From a virus, in IMG/VR virus record IMGVR_UViG_3300025732_000019: a stretch of DNA of 64,000 bases. The stretch is one strand, 5' to 3'. Below, one piece after another: positions 29,628-39,392 of this stretch. The stretch's first letter is position 1. Each line of letters begins with the position of its first letter. The notes under the pieces are model-generated. The model made no database searches and was not told the origin of the DNA. It saw only the letters and a program-made list of their open reading frames with translations. Made by a program: the position numbers and the translations under genes.

Positions 29628-30305
29628 ATGTTTCATCACTATCCTCCACTGTCGCTTCCGACATTGGAGCAGATGAATCTGAAAACCGGTCGCGTTTATC
29701 ACGTGCTCAACGGTGCAGACTCCGGCGTGCATTATCCGTCTATCACACGGGTACTCGGTGCAAAACCCAAACCGCAATTGGAAGCGTGGAAACGGCGCGT
29801 GGGCCATCAAGAAGCACAACGCGTCTCACAAGCTGCGTCTGGGCGTGGTAAGAAACTGCATGCGCTGGTTGAGGAATACGTCGGTAATCATCCCATTGGC
29901 ACAATTGAACCCCACGTCAATGAACTGTGGCAGCATCTATCGCCATGGCTCGATGCGCATATCACGGGTGTCTACGGTCAGGAATGCGATCTCTATTCAC
30001 GCAAACTCGCAGTTGCGGGTCGTACCGACATGATTGCCACCGTTGATGGTGCATTGGCGATTGTCGATTTTAAGCAAGCGAATCGGCCGAAACGCCCCGA
30101 ATATGTTGGCGACTATTACCTTCAAGGTACGTTCTACAGTCTTGCTTTGTATGAACTAACAGGAATGCAAGCAAAACATATTGTTATTCCAGTAGCTTCG
30201 CCAGAAGGATTGCAAGTTTTTGTCACACAACCGAAGCTTCATTACCAAGAACTTTTCAAGCGAATCAAGGATTTTTACATTGATCTGGAGATGCGAAGCG
30301 ATTAG
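29628..30305 (+). CDS. PD-(D/E)XK exonuclease
   Basis: YPSITRVL, RG..LH, AGRTD, IVDFK, Q...Y. Confidence 0.85.
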   Translation: MFHHYPPLSLPTLEQMNLKTGRVYHVLNGADSGVHYPSITRVLGAKPKPQLEAWKRRVGHQEAQRVSQAASGRGKKLHALVEEYVGNHPIGTIEPHVNELWQHLSPWLDAHITGVYGQECDLYSRKLAVAGRTDMIATVDGALAIVDFKQANRPKRPEYVGDYYLQGTFYSLALYELTGMQAKHIVIPVASPEGLQVFVTQPKLHYQELFKRIKDFYIDLEMRSD

Positions 30306-30329
30306 TGTGGTATAATAGATACTAAATGT

Positions 30330-30580
30330 AGTCAATGAAGTAATCGAGACATGTTTTGGACGCGGCTTCGATGCCGCCACCTCCACCAATAAACCTATGG
30401 GGGGTGAAAGGTTTCGACAGAGCAGAGTTGAGGTTATGGAGACTACCGACACGTCGCTGTCGTTAAACAGAGACACACAGAACTGACAACCAGTTCTCAT
30501 TCGCAGCCTGAACGCTGCTTCTGCTTATGATAAACATAAGCGCGGTCTTGGCGTCGTACCGGGCAACAGAAAGCACGCCA
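30330..30580 (+). ncRNA. ssrA: circularly permuted (two-piece) tmRNA; outer ends approximate
   Basis: Acceptor piece ends GCGGC-TTCGAT-GCCGC-CACCTCC-A-CCA at 30388; 11-nt spacer; coding piece starts GGGGGTG at 30400 (G3.U70); tag TDNQFSFAA* at 30482-30511; TGGTATAAT upstream. Confidence 0.85.
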
Positions 30581-30652
30581 TAGTCGTAAGTAGGGGAAAC
30601 GCTATTTACCAGCACGCCGGCTCTGCTGACAACAACCCGGCACCTTTATTAT

Positions 30653-30877
30653 ATGCCTGTGATGAACGTCTCGTCTGAACAACTCACCAAAGAGTTGCAA
30701 TCCATCGTCGCAAGTCATCGTCTCTCGTTTCTCGATGCGGTGTTATACTATTGCGAACAACGCAACATTGAACCCGAAGATATTGCTCTCAAGTTGGGCG
30801 ACCGAATCAAATCGGAGTTAGCGCGAGAAGCGCGGCATCTTCATCTCTTACAGGCGAATACCGAAGAGTTATTCTAA
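30653..30877 (+). CDS. gp33: late transcription coactivator (gp33)
   Basis: FLDAVLYYCE...IEPE...IK.EL..EA..L; gp33-gp59-gp32 gene order. Confidence 0.8.
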   Translation: MPVMNVSSEQLTKELQSIVASHRLSFLDAVLYYCEQRNIEPEDIALKLGDRIKSELAREARHLHLLQANTEELF

Positions 30878-31576
30878 ATGACTGCGGAACAGGTGTATCA
30901 ATTCAGCACCGCGTATCGTTTGTATTTTTCAACAGATTCATACGACTTCATTAAGTATCGCGGAGTCGTCAAACGCGGTGTCTTCATGCAACAGCGTGAC
31001 CGACAGTTTTACTATCGGCTCGCCACCAAGTTTTCTGACTCACAAATCCATGCGGCGCTGATGCTGGCGTATTTCTTCAAACCCAAAGCGTACATTGCGG
31101 ATGTTGTTGCGGCAGAAAATATGAACGCGGGATTAGATTTTTCCACTCGCGCAGAAAACGGTATGCCGCTCTACCTCGCAAACTTGTATGAGTTACGCAA
31201 ACGACTCACACCCGATGCACTCGATGCATGGCTCTATGCGCCGAGACTATCTGACGGAAGCCGAGCGGTACTGCCCGACTGTCTTGCAGACATCATGAAC
31301 CGCAGTCTTCCTCTTGATCTCGCATGTGCGCTCTTGCTGATTCCCCATGACGAATACGGGTATCATTGGCCACAGTATTGGGAAACGCGGGAACCCGCAG
31401 GATTTACGTTTGGGGTACGGTCGTGGTTAACGCGACTTCGAAAGTTCGATCAACTGCTGGCATGGCATCACACCACGTGGCGGCGTGACAGTCGAATTTT
31501 AGCATCACGATTCTGGTCATCCTATACGCAACTCTCATTGATGCCTATTGAAGGAGAGCAGACACTCTTTTCTTGA
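30878..31576 (+). CDS. gp59: helicase loader (gp59-like)
   Basis: F....YDFIKYRG...F..RDR.FY.RL; gene order. Confidence 0.7.
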   Translation: MTAEQVYQFSTAYRLYFSTDSYDFIKYRGVVKRGVFMQQRDRQFYYRLATKFSDSQIHAALMLAYFFKPKAYIADVVAAENMNAGLDFSTRAENGMPLYLANLYELRKRLTPDALDAWLYAPRLSDGSRAVLPDCLADIMNRSLPLDLACALLLIPHDEYGYHWPQYWETREPAGFTFGVRSWLTRLRKFDQLLAWHHTTWRRDSRILASRFWSSYTQLSLMPIEGEQTLFS

Positions 31577-31602
31577 CACACCTAAGTATTTCATCGTATA
31601 AT
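31573..31602 (+). promoter_or_regulatory. sigma70 promoter for gp32
   Basis: TTGACA-18bp-TATAAT. Confidence 0.7.
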
Positions 31603-31643
31603 ACGTTTCATACACCGTCACATTACGTTTATAAGGAGCATAC

Positions 31644-32567
31644 ATGGCAACAAATTTCACGTCTCTCCGTAAGAACCGCGCCTCTCTCTTGACGAAGCTC
31701 ACCGAGGAAGTCAAGAAAACCTCTTCAACTAAAGGCAGTGCCGACGAGCGTTTTTGGAAGCTGTCTGTCGATCCCAAGACGGGCATCGGATACGCACGGA
31801 TTCGGTTTCTGCCGGCGCCGAAGAACGAAGACATTCCGTGGGCACGTGTCTTCTCACATGGGTTTCAGGGCCCCACGGGATTGTGGTTCATTGAGAACTG
31901 CCCGACGACGCTGAGCGATCGGCCATGCCCCGTCTGCAAGAACAACAACAAGCTGTGGAATTCCGGCATCGAATCCGATAAGGCAACGGTGCGTGAGCGT
32001 AAGCGTAAGCAGAGCTACATCAGCAACATTCTGGTGCTTGATGATCCTGCGCATCCGGAAAATAACGGTAAGGCGTTCTTGTATAAGTATGGGCCGAAGA
32101 TCCACCAGAAGATCATGGAACTGCTGGAACCGCAGTTTCCCGATCAGAAGCCCGCAAATCCGTTTGACTTGTGGGAAGGCTGCGATTTCAAACTGAAGTC
32201 TCAGAAGGTTGCAGGGTACCAGAACTATGACAAGTCAGAGTTCGCTGAACCGTCAGAACTGTTTGAAGACGACGACGCGAAGAAAGAAAAGACGTGGGAA
32301 AGCGAATTCTCGCTCACGGAACTCGTGTCGGAAGCCCAGTTCAAGAACTACGAAGAACTCGAAAGCCGCTTCACGCGCACGTTGAGCGGTGAAGTGGAAG
32401 GGCCGTCAACCGCTGCGCAGGCGATTGAGGAGGAAGTGATTCCGAAGAGCGCACCCGTGTCGAAGGCGGCCGCCAAGCCCGCACCGAAGCTGGCGACCAA
32501 GCCCGCGGCTGCTGATGAAGATGACATCAAGAAGTTTTTCTCGGATGTCTTGGATGATGATGAGTAA
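31644..32567 (+). CDS. gp32: ssDNA-binding protein (gp32)
   Basis: DERFWK, IRFLPA, HGFQ, ENCPTT..CPVC, NYDKSEF; acidic tail. Confidence 0.96.
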   Translation: MATNFTSLRKNRASLLTKLTEEVKKTSSTKGSADERFWKLSVDPKTGIGYARIRFLPAPKNEDIPWARVFSHGFQGPTGLWFIENCPTTLSDRPCPVCKNNNKLWNSGIESDKATVRERKRKQSYISNILVLDDPAHPENNGKAFLYKYGPKIHQKIMELLEPQFPDQKPANPFDLWEGCDFKLKSQKVAGYQNYDKSEFAEPSELFEDDDAKKEKTWESEFSLTELVSEAQFKNYEELESRFTRTLSGEVEGPSTAAQAIEEEVIPKSAPVSKAAAKPAPKLATKPAAADEDDIKKFFSDVLDDDE

Positions 32568-32592
32568 GTTTGTGAGATAGTATGTAAGCTAT

Positions 32593-32629
32593 ATATGCCG
32601 TGGTGACTTCTCATCACGGCATATTTTTT
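32593..32629 (+). terminator. intrinsic terminator
   Basis: ATATGCCGTGGTGA-CTTC-TCATCACGGCATAT followed by a T run. Confidence 0.8.
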
Positions 32630-32640
32630 AGAGGATAGCT

Positions 32641-33003
32641 ATGGGGTGGATGATCTTCGGAAACAATATCGTTTGGTTGGCTGCTGTGGTCACAATCAGT
32701 GCCTATAGCTACACCATCTATCGTCGTAATCTCACGTTAGAGCGCACCTGTCGAGACTTGCAAGTGTCAAACATCCGCTTGACGCAGCATCTTGACTTTC
32801 TAATTCGCCGATTTCATTTGACGACGCCGCCGTATGTGACTGATTCCTCGATGTCTAAACTTTCTGAAATCGGTCAACCTATGATAGTGCGGTGTTGGCA
32901 CTGTCAGAAATCACAACAGGAACCACACGACGCGTCATGCCCGTGGTTCTATGTGCAGTCGAATATTGAATACGTCAATCATCGACCGTCGTTGCGTAAC
33001 TGA
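32641..33003 (+). CDS. hypothetical membrane protein
   Basis: N-terminal TM; CxxC...HxxxC. Confidence 0.55.
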   Translation: MGWMIFGNNIVWLAAVVTISAYSYTIYRRNLTLERTCRDLQVSNIRLTQHLDFLIRRFHLTTPPYVTDSSMSKLSEIGQPMIVRCWHCQKSQQEPHDASCPWFYVQSNIEYVNHRPSLRN

Positions 33004-33011
33004 CGTAACGA

Positions 33012-33488
33012 CTAGTCGAAGTTCTTCAGGTGTGCGCGTAACTGCCACGCATGCTTGAGATGCGCTGCCATCCGATCTTGCAGGATATTGGCCAACCCCA
33101 AATCTCCTGCGGATTCGGCCGCGCGAAACGCTTTCGCCAACGACGTTTGCACCTGCGAGTTCACTCCCACCAAATCCTGCAACAGCGGAGTCGGCTGACC
33201 GTTCACCAACTGCGCGTCAGCAATCGTCGCTAATTTTGCGACGTGCGACAGCGTATACGGTGCGTAGACATCATGCTGGCGTAACGCTTCCGCAATCGGA
33301 TCAATCGACTCAAAGACGTCTTCGTAGAGTTGACCGAAATACTTGTGCAGTGGAGCGAACAGCATTCCTTCTACATTCCAATGCGCGCCATGCGCACGAA
33401 GGTACATGACATACAGGTTGGCCATCAATTCTTTCAATGCGGCACTTAAGACAATTTCAGACGGGCTGGGCATATATGGGTTCCTCAT
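33012..33488 (-). CDS. dps: Dps/ferritin-like protein
   Basis: HWNVEG..F..LH..F..LYE....D..AE; H.K..W.L. Confidence 0.9.
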   Translation of the reverse strand: MRNPYMPSPSEIVLSAALKELMANLYVMYLRAHGAHWNVEGMLFAPLHKYFGQLYEDVFESIDPIAEALRQHDVYAPYTLSHVAKLATIADAQLVNGQPTPLLQDLVGVNSQVQTSLAKAFRAAESAGDLGLANILQDRMAAHLKHAWQLRAHLKNFD

Positions 33489-33499
33489 GGTTATTTAGC

Positions 33500-33535
33500 A
33501 AAACAAAAAGGGAAGAAGCCGAAGCCTCTTCCCTT
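33500..33535 (-). terminator. intrinsic terminator with CUUCGG loop
   Basis: AAGGGAAGAGGC-TTCG-GCTTCTTCCCTT followed by a T tract. Confidence 0.8.
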
Positions 33536-33568
33536 ATCCATGCTCACGATCAGTGTTCGTCTATGGTG

Positions 33569-34051
33569 TTACGGTGCTGACGGTGTGACGGTAATCTGCC
33601 GTCGTTTATCCTTTTCTGGCAGTACCCGTTCTAATTGAATGCGTAGAATACCATGCTCAAACGACGCATCTTTTGCGTAGATATCGTCTGCCAACGGGAT
33701 CTCCTTGACGAAGCTTCGGAGTGCAAGACCCCGGTGCAGATATTTGGGTGCTGTTTCCGCATTAGACGGCTCAGGACGCGTTCCTTTGATGGAAAGCACT
33801 CCACGCTCCACCGAGACATCCAAATCGCTTATATCGAATCCTGCAAGCGCAAGTTCAATAGCAAATTCGTGTTCTCCAAACTGGAGAATGTTGTGCGGTG
33901 GATAGTTCTGGGCAGATGCAACGTGCCGAGTGGCATACGCTAATTCATCAAACAATCGGTCGAACCCGACCGAGTATTGGTGAAATTCTTGGGGAAATGA
34001 GGTACTTTCGACAGCCGTCAGAAATTGACGAAGAGGGGTAAGTGCAGTCAT
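33569..34051 (-). CDS. small heat-shock protein Hsp20 (IbpA-like)
   Basis: VGFDRLF, NYPPHNI, ELALAGF, YLHRGLA.RSF, GIL.I.L. Confidence 0.92.
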   Translation of the reverse strand: MTALTPLRQFLTAVESTSFPQEFHQYSVGFDRLFDELAYATRHVASAQNYPPHNILQFGEHEFAIELALAGFDISDLDVSVERGVLSIKGTRPEPSNAETAPKYLHRGLALRSFVKEIPLADDIYAKDASFEHGILRIQLERVLPEKDKRRQITVTPSAP

Positions 34052-34110
34052 GTGTGTTCTCCTATGAGCAACAAAAGCTGTCAGACGCCTCGAAAGCGCG
34101 TCTCACAGCG
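34052..34110 (-). promoter_or_regulatory. ROSE-like RNA thermometer candidate
   Basis: 5' hairpin, then UUGCU next to the AGGAG SD of the sHSP gene. Confidence 0.45.
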
Positions 34111-34213
34111 GGTTATATCTCTATATAGGTGACGTGCGAACCGTCAGGTACTGTGTGCCACCATCCCACGGCATAACTGCCACCAGACCACAACGGTACG
34201 TCATGCATATCGA

Positions 34214-35836
34214 TTAAGGCTTCCAGAAGACATGCACGGGTTCATATTTCATGATCTTCCCATTTTCAAGTTTGAGAAAATTCTTCGCTGTCGCTTCTCC
34301 GTCTTCAGTGACGCGATTCGCGCCAGGCATGTTCATGAGCGCCATCAGCACGGTTTCTTTGTATTCGAAACCAAGTTCTTGCGCGATACGAATGCTATCC
34401 TGCTCCAGCGGAAGATACTTCTTTCCCACTTTTAAGTCAGCAATGTTCCACAACAAATACCGTTTGTGATTCAGGAAGTCGTATGCATTCTGCAACGTTG
34501 GTCGCAAGAACCCATCACGCCACAAATCATATGACGTGTATTTCTTATAGCTCTGGTTCTCGTCTTCACTGTACGCTTCTCGATTGAAATATGGAGGGCT
34601 AGAAAAAACCAGATCACCTGTGCCTTTGAACTTCTGAAAATCCGCAGTCGTGTGAAACAACTCACTCCCCAACTGATGCACGGTATGTGCATGCGGTTCA
34701 TCGAATAACGAGTTTTCAAACCGAATGTGATTGTAGCGTTCTGCAATCGTGCTGTAGATACTCGTGGTCTTCGTATAGAATGCAGGATTCGGATCAGTGC
34801 CAATGTAGCGTAGTTGCTGCATGGCACCTGACGGTAGTTGTCGATTATACGACATCGCACCAATGAGACGCCCGGCCCAACCGGATGACGGATCCCATAT
34901 CGTCACAGAAGGCGCAGTAACGTGCTGCAAAAACGTTTCGTATAACAACTTCGCTGTCAGCGGAGGAAAATTGACCGCATACTGACACATAGAAATACGG
35001 AAGCTGCGAAACAGATTGGGAAACAGCCGCTGCCCCTTCTCGTAGATGCGCAGATGAAACTCATACTCGTCGTTGCGATGCTTTGCTAACACATTGCGAT
35101 ACGCGGTTGATGGTAACAACTGCTCAGCTTCAACACGTTGCAATTCCGCATACGTCAGCGTCATGAGTTCACTGGTGCGCATCTTATCGTTGTAGCCTGT
35201 GTATTGCTGTTCACGGCGCGCTAACGGTTTCGCCTCCAGTAACAATTCTTGCTCACCATACGCCCGCTCATGTGCAGCAAATTGATCAATGAACGTATAT
35301 GCATTGCGCGGTTGAATTTCTGGGCGATGTCGAAGCGTATCTCCACTCACGACTGTTACTGCAAACATGTAGAAGCTATCACGCAGAAAGTGTCGGCGTG
35401 CGTAGGGCAGGTATCGCTGAAACAGTTCTGGCTTCGCGAAGAAGTCATAGATGCTGCGGCCATCATCCTTCTCTGTATAGTTGATGCGCACTCGATACAT
35501 GTTTCCGGCATGCCACGCATTCACGGCACTGCCAAGACTGACATGCGTATTGTGGATCACACGTCGATTCGACAGCGTATCCTGCTTCCACATCTTCTGC
35601 ACATCGAACCCTGCTAACTGCACAAACTCATCATCGATTTCTTGCTCTGACCATCCACGTCGCGGCGGCAAGTTTTCGTCATTCCAATATGATAAGAATG
35701 ACTGACGCATGTGCACGACATACGCCTCAAACTCCGCATCCGTCATCGCAAGAATTTCGTCAAACGTGCGATTGACGGTCAAGTCATCTAATAATGGATG
35801 GATCCGCGCAATCGGAAATGGTTCACGCTTTGTCAT
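34214..35836 (-). CDS. amino (N4-C/N6-A) DNA methyltransferase-like protein
   Basis: WDPSSGWAGR SAM motif, GTDPN, FSSPPYF catalytic motif; TAATG overlap with gp46. Confidence 0.8.
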   Translation of the reverse strand: MTKREPFPIARIHPLLDDLTVNRTFDEILAMTDAEFEAYVVHMRQSFLSYWNDENLPPRRGWSEQEIDDEFVQLAGFDVQKMWKQDTLSNRRVIHNTHVSLGSAVNAWHAGNMYRVRINYTEKDDGRSIYDFFAKPELFQRYLPYARRHFLRDSFYMFAVTVVSGDTLRHRPEIQPRNAYTFIDQFAAHERAYGEQELLLEAKPLARREQQYTGYNDKMRTSELMTLTYAELQRVEAEQLLPSTAYRNVLAKHRNDEYEFHLRIYEKGQRLFPNLFRSFRISMCQYAVNFPPLTAKLLYETFLQHVTAPSVTIWDPSSGWAGRLIGAMSYNRQLPSGAMQQLRYIGTDPNPAFYTKTTSIYSTIAERYNHIRFENSLFDEPHAHTVHQLGSELFHTTADFQKFKGTGDLVFSSPPYFNREAYSEDENQSYKKYTSYDLWRDGFLRPTLQNAYDFLNHKRYLLWNIADLKVGKKYLPLEQDSIRIAQELGFEYKETVLMALMNMPGANRVTEDGEATAKNFLKLENGKIMKYEPVHVFWKP

Positions 35837-37536
35837 TACGCCCGCAGACATGAGAATCCTCGTTCCTTCACAAAGTGCAATACATGGTGAAATTTATCGA
35901 TCATTTGATCTTTATGTGAAATCACAAAAACGTTGGCCTTTTCAAGCGTCTGAATAATCTTCAAAAACTCATCGGTGCCATTTCCATCCAACGAGCTATC
36001 GAACACCTCATCAAGCACTAGCAAGTTACATGAGGCATTGTTCTTAAGTTGTGCAATTGCTCGCCACGTCAGCAATAACGCCAAATCGATACGCTTCTTC
36101 TCACCTTCACTAAACGAATCGTAGGTAAAGTCGTCACGATGCCGTGATTGCATGTGCTCTTCAAATTCCGCATCCAATGTAAAGTAAATCGGAAAATCCA
36201 TGGCCGTCAAATACGTGTTGATCTGCTTATTGATGATCGGCAAATAGTGGTTGATGATGCGCGATTTGATACCGCTATCCTTGAGCAGCGCATTCGCGAC
36301 ATCCAAGACACTCTTGCGTCGTGCAGCATCCGTATGCGTTGTAATCACATCCTGCAATCGTCGTTGAATATCTTCGGCATCAACACCAATCGCGGGTTTG
36401 GGTTCTAATGCTTTCACGCGTTCTTTTGTCAATTGTCGTACACGCTGCTCATATAACGGTTGCTGCGCATGAAGCGTATGCTGTTCCTGCGAGAGCGCGT
36501 GTGCGTCGGCCAACGCGGTTTGATACTCATCAATCTTTTTGGTGTATCGCGTATGCAGTGTTTGACATTGCGCCATCGCTACCGTCAAACTGGCATGTTT
36601 TTCTTCCAACGTCGTAAATTTCTGTTGCTTGAATATTTCGGTAATCATTTGCGCACATGTCGGGCATGTATCATGCGCCTCATAGAACTCATGTTCTTTC
36701 TGAAGCTTCTTTTCTTTCGTCACCATCGCTTTCAATGTTTGTGCATACTCTGTGACTTTTCGTTCCGCTTCCTCACATGCGGTGCGAATTTCATCATAGG
36801 TGCGAATCGCCGTTTCTAATTCTGCAATGCGATCTCGCGTACGCTGCATCGTCGTCTGCGTCTCTGCTAACTGCTGGTCGATGAGCGCGACAGTATGCTC
36901 TTGCTCATCCGTCACGTGCGCGGTGAACGTTTCTGCCATCCGTTTTTGTTCTTCAAGCAATGTACGCTGCTGCGTTAATTGCTCGATCTGCGACTTCACA
37001 TTCGCGAGTTCATCTTTCGTCAGCACACTCATGGTGCTGAAGATCTCAATATCCAATAATGATTCTACAATCTCACGCCGAGCGGCAGATGTCAAGCGCA
37101 TGAACGGCACATACGATGCGCTTCCAAGTACGACGATCTGCATGAAGCTCTTGTAATGCATGCCAAGAATATGCTCTTCCAGCATCGTCTGATAATCCGA
37201 TAGTGATGCTGGCGGGGGGATCAATTCTTGATCGCGATAGATTTCAAACACATTCGGTTTGATACCACGTTTGATGTAATACGCATGCTCATTATGTCGA
37301 AACCAGAGTTCGACGAGTGCATCGCGGCCATTGATTGCATTGATCAGTGTCGGTTTGTTGATGTTGCGTAGGGCACGACCAAACAACGCAAAGCACACCG
37401 CTTCCGTCATCGTCGATTTCCCTGCACCATTTCGACCGATAATCAACGTTGTGGCATGTTGATTCAGCGCAATGTCAATAGGCACATTGCCTGTCGCAAG
37501 GAAATTTTGATAGCGTACGCGCTCAAAAATAATCAT
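35836..37536 (-). CDS. gp46: recombination endonuclease ATPase subunit (gp46, SbcC/Rad50-like)
   Basis: GRNGAGKS, CPTC hook, FSEGEKKRID, LDEVFD. Confidence 0.95.
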   Translation of the reverse strand: MIIFERVRYQNFLATGNVPIDIALNQHATTLIIGRNGAGKSTMTEAVCFALFGRALRNINKPTLINAINGRDALVELWFRHNEHAYYIKRGIKPNVFEIYRDQELIPPPASLSDYQTMLEEHILGMHYKSFMQIVVLGSASYVPFMRLTSAARREIVESLLDIEIFSTMSVLTKDELANVKSQIEQLTQQRTLLEEQKRMAETFTAHVTDEQEHTVALIDQQLAETQTTMQRTRDRIAELETAIRTYDEIRTACEEAERKVTEYAQTLKAMVTKEKKLQKEHEFYEAHDTCPTCAQMITEIFKQQKFTTLEEKHASLTVAMAQCQTLHTRYTKKIDEYQTALADAHALSQEQHTLHAQQPLYEQRVRQLTKERVKALEPKPAIGVDAEDIQRRLQDVITTHTDAARRKSVLDVANALLKDSGIKSRIINHYLPIINKQINTYLTAMDFPIYFTLDAEFEEHMQSRHRDDFTYDSFSEGEKKRIDLALLLTWRAIAQLKNNASCNLLVLDEVFDSSLDGNGTDEFLKIIQTLEKANVFVISHKDQMIDKFHHVLHFVKERGFSCLRA

Positions 37537-37539
37537 AGA

Positions 37540-38643
37540 TTAGATTCGCACCGATTGACTCTGTGTCAACGCCTCACGATACGTATTTTGTAGATACGTC
37601 TGAAGCTCCATTTTATCACAAGTGACGGATAAGTCTGACACATATTCTGTCATCAAGGAGAGTGTATCGATGTCTGCGGATGCTGTATGTTCTGCCTCCG
37701 GGTCATCAATGTGCGCTTGCTGCACGTCATCGACCACAATCACATCCTGCGCATTGACTTTTGCCAATGCATCCATCAGCAAATCAAACCAGTATGGTTG
37801 CGTTTTGGTTTTGACGATCACTTTGACATACGCATTCGCATACGGTGACTGTGCGGTCGTGACGTCTGCCAATATCTGCTCAATATACGAAGGTGGCTGA
37901 TCGGCATCGTCATACACCAATCGCGCAAACATACTATACGGATTCTCAATAAACGTCAATTCGTGTGTGTCGGTATCCAACAAATGAAACCCGCGAGGAT
38001 CGCGATAGTCGCTCCAGACCATCGCATAGGGTGCACCGAGATAGTGAATCGGGCCATTCGACGAACGATGATGAAAGTGCCCTGACATGACGAGTTTGAA
38101 ACGATCAAACAAGTTTGGCGACAGACCCTCATGATTTGGCATACCACGATACATTTGAAACCCGCTGATTTCCAAATGCCCTAACACGATGGCACAGCGA
38201 GAGTGTTCAATATATTTCATCGATGCCGCACGATTGCTATCGCAGACCCACGGTAATAACAAAATATCCGTATTCGCAATACTAATCTCTGTCGGTTCAC
38301 TATGAATGACGAGAGAGGGATCATGACGATACAACTCTTCTACAGAATTGATGTGTGTGCTATCGCGAAGAAAGCAATCGTGATTGCCAATGATGACGTG
38401 CTCAATGATGTTTCGCTGTCGTAGCGGTGCGCGATAGGCCTGCTCAATGAACCGAGCAGTGGAGAAGTTTACAAACTTGCGACGATCACCATAGTCGCCG
38501 CCATGCAATACATGCGTCACATGATGAGTATCCAGTGCCGGAAAAAAGACATCATTCAAAAATTTGTGTTGCCATTCAAGAACAACAGCACTGTCGTTCC
38601 GCACACCGAAGTGACTATCAGATATTACCGCTATCTTTGCCAT
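37540..38643 (-). CDS. gp47: recombination nuclease subunit (gp47, Mre11-like)
   Basis: SDSHFG, GD..DRR, GNHD, GHLE, SGHFH. Confidence 0.95.
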   Translation of the reverse strand: MAKIAVISDSHFGVRNDSAVVLEWQHKFLNDVFFPALDTHHVTHVLHGGDYGDRRKFVNFSTARFIEQAYRAPLRQRNIIEHVIIGNHDCFLRDSTHINSVEELYRHDPSLVIHSEPTEISIANTDILLLPWVCDSNRAASMKYIEHSRCAIVLGHLEISGFQMYRGMPNHEGLSPNLFDRFKLVMSGHFHHRSSNGPIHYLGAPYAMVWSDYRDPRGFHLLDTDTHELTFIENPYSMFARLVYDDADQPPSYIEQILADVTTAQSPYANAYVKVIVKTKTQPYWFDLLMDALAKVNAQDVIVVDDVQQAHIDDPEAEHTASADIDTLSLMTEYVSDLSVTCDKMELQTYLQNTYREALTQSQSVRI

Positions 38644-38644
38644 A

Positions 38645-39217
38645 TTATTCAATCGCCATTTTTGATTTGCGTGTCTTCTTTCGGCTGGTTTTTTGTTTCA
38701 TCTCACGACGACGTTCGCGACGTTTGTCGTGATACTCATCAAATCGTTGAATAAACTCTTGCACATTCTCATACGACAGCATCTCCGTATCGACGTGAAA
38801 GTGGCCACTACCATCCGGAGACGTTTGCGTATCCCCCGAAATGATCGCGTCTTCCATCAAACGATACTTGAGATAGGTGTGCTTGCGTTCTCGCTGAATG
38901 CGCCGCACAAACGCATAGTAGATCACAGAGGTGAAATATCCAAAAGGATTTTTGGATTTGCGTGGATTGAAATTGTGCATATACATCAGACAATTTTCCA
39001 CGCCATCCGAGATCATATCTTCACGAAACGTGTAGTTGATAAAGTTGGGTCGATACGACAGATGTGTCGCAATGCGTAAGAAACATTCACCAACAAATTC
39101 TGGAATGGGCGGCACACGTCGATTCAACTGTTTTGCTTTTCGACACGCACGGCGATAATCACGTAACGCCGCTAAAAATGCTTTATTATCGACGTAATGT
39201 TCGGCACTAGACGACAT
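38645..39217 (-). CDS. gp55: late sigma factor (gp55)
   Basis: HYVDNK.F, LSYRPNFINY..REDMISDG.EN, NPF.YFT, AF.RRI. Confidence 0.95.
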   Translation of the reverse strand: MSSSAEHYVDNKAFLAALRDYRRACRKAKQLNRRVPPIPEFVGECFLRIATHLSYRPNFINYTFREDMISDGVENCLMYMHNFNPRKSKNPFGYFTSVIYYAFVRRIQRERKHTYLKYRLMEDAIISGDTQTSPDGSGHFHVDTEMLSYENVQEFIQRFDEYHDKRRERRREMKQKTSRKKTRKSKMAIE

Positions 39218-39276
39218 GTCACCTCCATAGTTTTTACATTATACTACATGCATGACAACCGCACAAATAAGGGGAG

Positions 39277-39305
39277 TTGACAGCATTACATATTCATGAT
39301 AAACT
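39277..39305 (+). promoter_or_regulatory. sigma70 promoter facing an AT-rich non-coding tract
   Basis: TTGACA-17bp-TAAACT with extended TG; divergent from the gp55 promoter. Confidence 0.55.
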
Positions 39306-39392
39306 AAACGTGAGCAAAGAGAGAGAAAAAAAATACTATATTCTTATAGTATCTAGTACTTAGAATCTTATCAAATCTATAACTTAAGTAAC

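Noticed and set aside
29628-30305. Cas4/CRISPR adaptation gene
   Set aside because: No Fe-S cysteines and no array; ordinary T4-like PD-(D/E)XK exonuclease.
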